Shown one piece after another: positions 15,813 to 20,411 of a stretch of DNA of 20,411 bases. A program made the position numbers and the translations under genes. The first letter of the stretch is position 1; every line of letters begins with the position of its first letter. Location of the stretch: assembly GCA_037441705.1 (NCBI GenBank), contig JBBIRR010000059.1, positions 1 through 20,411 on the forward strand. The letters are read 5' to 3'. The notes beneath the pieces were generated by a model. It was not told where the DNA came from. It searched no databases and saw only the letters and a program-made list of their open reading frames with translations. The DNA is from Ignavibacteriales bacterium (GTDB lineage: Bacteria > Bacteroidota > Ignavibacteria > UBA10030 > UBA6906).

Positions 15813-15842
15813 CTATCTATATAAACGAAAACAGGTAACAGC
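15813..15842 (-). promoter_or_regulatory. 30-bp conserved motif, copy upstream of the sigma gene (putative autoregulated promoter or operator)
   Basis: GCTGTTACCTGTTTTCGTTTATATAGATAG, ending 8 nt before the GTG start. Confidence 0.7.
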
Positions 15843-15900
15843 GTTGGCAGCGAAAGTCCCCGTCGTGCCGGTGGTCGCCGTTTTCAGACTCAGACCGAAG

Positions 15901-16062
15901 GACTAACGGTTCCTGTGCTATGAAAATGCTGTACGCCGGCTGGTGCAGTGGGTGTTGCGGAAATCGGTTTCAGGCTGAGAGCGACTTCGGCAAGGAACGA
16001 GTCCCGGCGTCTCACCGGCAGGGCGAGTGCCTACCTGCTTTCAATGTCGGTTCTGGCATGTG
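15901..16062 (-). mobile_element. Degenerate attC-like site downstream of the restriction gene
   Basis: Minus strand starts CACATGC-CAGAACCGACATTGAAAG (17/18 identical to 18121-18138) and ends ttttcatagcacaggaacc-GTTAGTC. The R'' box lacks AAC. Confidence 0.4.
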
Positions 16063-16095
16063 AAGTGTCGGCACCTGAAAGTTGAGTTGAACACT

Positions 16096-16836
16096 TCAGT
16101 TCGATTTAATGTTGCCACTGTTGAACCGCACCAATTCGTTCCAGTCAATTCTCCCGTCACGGCAGAACTGGTTTGAGAAGTCAGCCGTGAACTTGTTTAT
16201 CACAACAGCAAGCTCCTCTTCGTATCGCTGGTTGCGTTGCTTCGCTTGATGGCCCAGTGGTTCGATGATGTCCGTATAGAGATTCTTATTGCCACTGATA
16301 AAGTACCAGAACTCTTGCCCGCATATGCGAAGGTACTCGCCGGTGTCCACTGTTTTTCTTTTGCCGTAACAAGATGCTAACACAGGCTGTACCGCCTTGA
16401 CCGATTTCGATTGTTTGAGTACCTGGACTGCTTTCTTGAATCGATCTCTGAGGGCTGCATATTGCGAGCTATTGCCCCAGTTCACGCCAGACTTGATTGA
16501 AACGAGGTACACGACGCCGTCTTTCGAGAACTCCAAATCAATACCAGGTCCCGGTGATTTCTTACCATTGAGTGTTTTGCTGGGAATGAAGATGGCAAGC
16601 TCTTCAAGAAAGTTCCCGAAGAGCTCTTCCTCAGAGGAAGAAAGATACGCTTGCAGGAGAGACTCGATGAGCTTCTGTGCCGTGAGGATGTTCTTTGCCT
16701 TGAAGAGGTATGGATTCTTCTTCTGCAGGACTTCTCTCAGCTTGATCTTCTTGACTCTGTTGATTCGGCTTTCGTGAAACTCGCCAATGTGCTGATTGAC
16801 AAATTCTGTAACTTCTTCCAAGGATATGGATTTCAC
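16096..16836 (-). CDS. Type II restriction endonuclease, EcoO109I/PmeII-like PD-(D/E)xK family
   Basis: KKNPYLFKAKN, SSSEEELFGNFLEELAIF, GIDLEF...VSIKSGVNWGNSSQ and CGQEFWYFISG. GTGA overlap with the methyltransferase gene. Confidence 0.82.
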   Translation of the reverse strand: MKSISLEEVTEFVNQHIGEFHESRINRVKKIKLREVLQKKNPYLFKAKNILTAQKLIESLLQAYLSSSEEELFGNFLEELAIFIPSKTLNGKKSPGPGIDLEFSKDGVVYLVSIKSGVNWGNSSQYAALRDRFKKAVQVLKQSKSVKAVQPVLASCYGKRKTVDTGEYLRICGQEFWYFISGNKNLYTDIIEPLGHQAKQRNQRYEEELAVVINKFTADFSNQFCRDGRIDWNELVRFNSGNIKSN

Positions 16837-17789
16837 TCGAATAATTCTCCGTTCTGAGGTGGCTCGTGTTTGACTCGCTTCTCAGCTTGAGCACAAAAGT
16901 CCTTCAGAAGCTCAATGCCAATGTATCTGCGCCCTAGATGCTTTGCTGCCACAGCCGCCGTGCCAGAGCCCAGGAATGGATCGAGTACAACATCACCGGG
17001 TTTTGTGAATAGCTTGATGAACCATTTAGGAAGGGCCACGGGAAAAGCTGCACTGTGATTCTTGTTTCCGGACTCAGTCGCCAAGTGGAGAACGTTGTCC
17101 GGGTAGGCCATCTTTCGTCCCAACCAATTGGAGATGTTCTTTCCGAAGCCGCTGCCCACCTTTGATTCATCTCTTCGCTTGTCAGTGTCGCTCAGGTTTC
17201 TTAATCGAGTTTTGGCCCAATCGCCCATTGGGACCATTACGCTCTCTTGATACATCGAGAATTTCCGTTGTTTGTTGAATTGAAGACAGTGTTCCCAAGC
17301 ATCTCTGAACCTGTTCGGCCACTTACCCGGGTAAGTGTTCCGCTTGTGCCATATGTACTCCTCAGTCCAGAGCCATCCTTGCTTTCTCATTTCAAGGATC
17401 AACTCCAAAACGTATGTCTGCCGTTCACCGTTAGACACGCCCTCCTTAATGTTGAGTATGAATGTGCCGGACGGCTTTAGGACCCGTTTGAGTTCAAGAG
17501 CTATTGGCAAAAACCATTGAACATATCGGTCGGGATGGATACCACCATATGAATTCTTGCGTTTGTCTGCATAAGGCGGTGATGTCACAATCAGGTCAAC
17601 AAACTCATCGGGGAAGGTGCGAAGAACTTCAAGAGCATCTCCGCAAATGATCGAGTCCAGTGGAAGTTGCTTCTGTGTTGAGGAAACACTGACGACATAA
17701 AGTCCCTCTTGCTCCCGAACCTTGGACTTGACAAAGCTGAATTTCTTGCCAGCTAGGTTGATTCCCTTCATATTTCCGATCTTGTGCAT
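16833..17789 (-). CDS. Beta-class amino DNA methyltransferase (probably N4-cytosine)
   Basis: IICGDALEVL, DLIVTSPPY (motif IV) preceding HSAAFP and VVLDPFLGSGT (motif I), then YIGIEL. Start is uncertain (17789, 17771 or later). Confidence 0.93.
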   Translation of the reverse strand: MHKIGNMKGINLAGKKFSFVKSKVREQEGLYVVSVSSTQKQLPLDSIICGDALEVLRTFPDEFVDLIVTSPPYADKRKNSYGGIHPDRYVQWFLPIALELKRVLKPSGTFILNIKEGVSNGERQTYVLELILEMRKQGWLWTEEYIWHKRNTYPGKWPNRFRDAWEHCLQFNKQRKFSMYQESVMVPMGDWAKTRLRNLSDTDKRRDESKVGSGFGKNISNWLGRKMAYPDNVLHLATESGNKNHSAAFPVALPKWFIKLFTKPGDVVLDPFLGSGTAAVAAKHLGRRYIGIELLKDFCAQAEKRVKHEPPQNGELFE

Positions 17790-17856
17790 AATTCGATAGC
17801 TAAACTACCGAAAGATAAGGAAACGTCAGTGGACATTCCAATGTGTGCCGCCATTT

Positions 17857-18145
17857 CACATAACGATTTCTATGTTACGATTGAAGGAACAAAGCCGGCG
17901 GGTCGTCAGACTTCGACGGACTCTGTCGAGGTGTCCCACACTGAGATCGGTGCTCCAGTGATCTGGATATCGTTGCTTCGAGGCGACATGTCCTGATGCC
18001 CGGGGACCAGACACTGCAAAGATAATCATCAACGAGGAGGTTTTCCCTTTTCAGCTTCTACCGTGCGCTGGCAAGCTCGGCAAACCCGTCAACCTTTTGC
18101 CGAGCGTGCGCAAGCTCTGACTTTCAATATCGGTTCTGTTATACG
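17857..18145 (-). mobile_element. Long attC-like structured site between the DUF262 gene and the methyltransferase gene
   Basis: Minus strand CGTATAAC-agaac-cgatattgaa ... ttcaatcg-taacatagaaatc-GTTATGTG. Begins 18 nt after the DUF262 stop. Internal hairpins include the perfect GCTCGGCAAA/TTTGCCGAGC (18075-18105). Confidence 0.5.
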
Positions 18146-18163
18146 CCGTGCAGCCGAAAGAAA

Positions 18164-19792
18164 TCATCTTCCGAGCAGCAAAACTACGCGTTCCAAAATA
18201 CGTTGTCGGCGGTTCGTAACGAATGTCTCGAAACCATCTGGCTTCAGTTCATCTTTCTCGATCAGGTAGTCAGTAGCTAGTTCTTCTGCAGGGACACCCT
18301 CGAAGTACTCCCAAGGTTCATCATCACTCTTTCGGATGTTACGTAGCTTTCCCAGGAAGGCAAGATTGCCAATATCGTTTACGAGATGTGGATGTGTGTG
18401 AACGTATTTTGACCGTGGGAATATGTGGTCAACTTCAGCTCGTTCTTGCCACGACAGAGTTTCTCTACGGATTTTGGGCTGGACGAGATTGAGCGCTAAA
18501 GCTGTCTTTGCATTGAGCATGTCGAGGGATGAAGAAACGTAGTGCCAAGTCTGCCGCTGTTCTATAACGCGCAAGAGTGCATCTAGGGGTAGTGCACGAC
18601 CGTTGTATGGTCTTAACTTTTCACGAAGATAACGGATCCTTGCTTCTGGTCGGCGCAAGAATTCGTTGAAGAGTAGGAAGTAAATAAACGTGCGAAGCGG
18701 TCTTCGCTGGTCGTCTGGGATCGAGTGGTTATGTTGATGGTAGACGTAATAGATGATAGGAAAGAGTGTAGCCACTGGATTCAGGAGAGACGCAGAGAGA
18801 ATGCCAACGTCAGGACTTCGGACGAAATCAATAGTATTTCGCATACTGCGGGCGAAACCATCAAAGACTTGCTCTATGACGGCCCAGTGGCGTTTTATGT
18901 TGTCAACTTCGTACTTCGGGGGAGCATCGGCAACAGTCAACAGCCCGCGGATGATGAAATCCTTGTCAATTCCGAGCGGGCTGTGGCGTTCGATGTCGGC
19001 TACAAGTTGGTCGAAACTAACTCTTGCAGATGACCAATGTCGTTTTATGATGGAAAACATCAGATCCGATCGGCTGAGTCGAGTGCCGCCAGTGTTGACT
19101 CTTACAAAAATATCGAGCACTTCGTCTATGGTTCTCGCAGCGGCTTCGTTGGGGGCATCATGATCGATGTATTCTACTGGTACTAAGTCTGATTGCTGCA
19201 TAACCGCGCGAAGTCGTCGCATATTAGCGGCGGCGGTTGTTGCCTCAGTATCTTGAAGGGGAATTTGACTAATAATGCGTGCAATCTCTTGTTCTTCGAT
19301 TCGTAGTGACCAGCTAACTATCTCGGATACGAGAATGTGGCGACGTGGTCGGTTCGAATCATCGGGTTTCCAGAAGTAGAAGCGGAATGCACCCGACTCG
19401 CCGTCCTCATCTTCCGAAACTGCCGCCGACCCGCTTGTTACATCGAAGTAGAGCCGCCTGCCTTCGTGTGAGCCGTAAGTGCCGATCAAGAAAGATTGGA
19501 GACGTTGTTGTCCATCGAGTACCATTTCAAGGGGTTTGCCTTTGTCTTTAGTCTTCACGACGAATGTTTGCCCGGGCTGGTGGTCAACTACGAAATCGCG
19601 ATAAGCGACATCTAAGTAACGGGTTTCCCAGATGAGCAGTGAACCGAATGGATACCCTCTCATCAAAGAATCAAAGAGAAGTCGAATCTGGTCGCGATCC
19701 CAGACGAAGTCGCGTTGGATGTCTGGGAGAACGAGCGTGTGATCATTGTGAATTCTGTTGAGAAGGTGCATTATGGAAGTGGACTGGGCCAT
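18164..19792 (-). CDS. DUF262 (ParB/Srx) + C-terminal HNH (DUF1524-like) protein, GmrSD-type restriction family
   Basis: LVLPDIQRDFVW, GYPFGSLLIW, VLDGQQRL and IFVRVNTGGTRLS, with C-terminal VDHIFP...NDIGNLAFLGKLRNIRKSD. Start set at ATG 19792 because the longer ORF start lies inside the attC-like site. Confidence 0.9.
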   Translation of the reverse strand: MAQSTSIMHLLNRIHNDHTLVLPDIQRDFVWDRDQIRLLFDSLMRGYPFGSLLIWETRYLDVAYRDFVVDHQPGQTFVVKTKDKGKPLEMVLDGQQRLQSFLIGTYGSHEGRRLYFDVTSGSAAVSEDEDGESGAFRFYFWKPDDSNRPRRHILVSEIVSWSLRIEEQEIARIISQIPLQDTEATTAAANMRRLRAVMQQSDLVPVEYIDHDAPNEAAARTIDEVLDIFVRVNTGGTRLSRSDLMFSIIKRHWSSARVSFDQLVADIERHSPLGIDKDFIIRGLLTVADAPPKYEVDNIKRHWAVIEQVFDGFARSMRNTIDFVRSPDVGILSASLLNPVATLFPIIYYVYHQHNHSIPDDQRRPLRTFIYFLLFNEFLRRPEARIRYLREKLRPYNGRALPLDALLRVIEQRQTWHYVSSSLDMLNAKTALALNLVQPKIRRETLSWQERAEVDHIFPRSKYVHTHPHLVNDIGNLAFLGKLRNIRKSDDEPWEYFEGVPAEELATDYLIEKDELKPDGFETFVTNRRQRILERVVLLLGR

Positions 19793-19838
19793 ATGATGCT
19801 CTCGTTGCAGGTTATGATTCGTTGGTTCGGCTGCATGG

Positions 19839-19970
19839 CGCATAACGTATTGAGTGCTCACGCAGCGTCAGCGCATGGAGTCCACCGCAGGCGGACGCAA
19901 TAAGCTGACGTTGAGCGACATCTATCAAAAGCTATAACTGATGGAGCGCCGTGAACACGAGTGTTATGCG
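19839..19970 (-). mobile_element. Integron attC-like recombination site (132 bp)
   Basis: Minus strand CGCATAAC-actc-GTGTTCACG ... CGTGAGCAC-tcaatac-GTTATGCG: perfect 8-bp R''/R' boxes, unpaired asymmetric spacers, 9-bp L boxes with one G-T pair, and an inner stem 19863-19872/19904-19913. Confidence 0.72.
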
Positions 19971-20296
19971 TCGTGGGCGAAGGGAACACTGCCGTTCCAT
20001 CAGAAACAGAAATCTCCACTACCTCGCTTTCTCCTCTCAAGACACAAGAATGTTCGGAGCGAGTTCGTCTCCACGGTAGCCCGCTCCTCGTTCTGTTCTG
20101 CTACAAAAAAATGGGAACCTCTTTGCTCATTTCTGCGTTCAGCAAACCGTGCGTCGTCGCTTGCGAGTCTGTCCGCGAAACCTCTTCCGCAACTCGTCGT
20201 TTCTTCCAGGACAGACTCTCAGCTCCTTCACGCTTTGCTCAACTCTCCAAACTCTCATGCCTCCCCCTTTTTTCTATAACCCACAAACCTCGCTCC

Positions 20297-20317
20297 CGTG
20301 TAGCCGAAGGCTACACG
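20297..20317. other. Perfect 9-bp hairpin with GAA triloop
   Basis: CGTGTAGCC-GAA-GGCTACACG. Confidence 0.5.
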
Positions 20318-20411
20318 ACGTTCTTGTTCTCTTCAGAAACGTCGCTGCTCACCCGAGCCCATGACGCCATAACTCCTCCAACTACGCAACTACTACTGCG
20401 TCTATTATCCC

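Noticed and set aside
19793-19861. Longer start for the DUF262 gene
   Set aside because: It lies inside the attC-like inverted repeat. The domain begins right after ATG 19792.
20313-20370. Tiny minus-strand ORF MASWARVSSDVSEENKNVV after GGAGGA
   Set aside because: It is only 19 codons, SD spacing is 3 nt and it lies at the window edge. It cannot be supported without more sequence.

Overview
This is bacterial DNA, GC-rich in the housekeeping part. The thioredoxin type and a DUF3276/PUR protein suggest Bacteroidota/Ignavibacteria, which is inference. Left to right: (1) a small GIY-YIG nuclease gene embedded in a cluster of YGTC-tagged palindromic repeats (1-690); (2) a minus-strand metal-uptake unit made of a His/Cys-rich RGPP-ending leader ORF, an outer-membrane beta-barrel and a ZnuA/TroA-type binding protein; (3) oligopeptidase B and ybaN; (4) a ~900-bp intergenic mosaic of at least four REP-like hairpin families; (5) ychF, an F420/NADP oxidoreductase-family gene, an arylsulfotransferase-like lipoprotein, an iodotyrosine-deiodinase-like nitroreductase, a single-domain response regulator, rmuC and thioredoxin; (6) a minus-strand accessory region. 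The accessory region holds a coupled ECF sigma / HTH protein / ImmA-IrrE metallopeptidase operon followed by a PUR-like gene, with the same 30-bp motif (28/30) in front of both the sigma gene and the PUR gene. It also holds a type II R-M pair and a DUF262-HNH (GmrSD-like) gene, each bounded by attC-like inverted repeats, which suggests an integron-type array of defence cassettes. No rRNA, tRNA, CRISPR array or integrase was seen. All family assignments come from motif recognition by eye, not from database searches.
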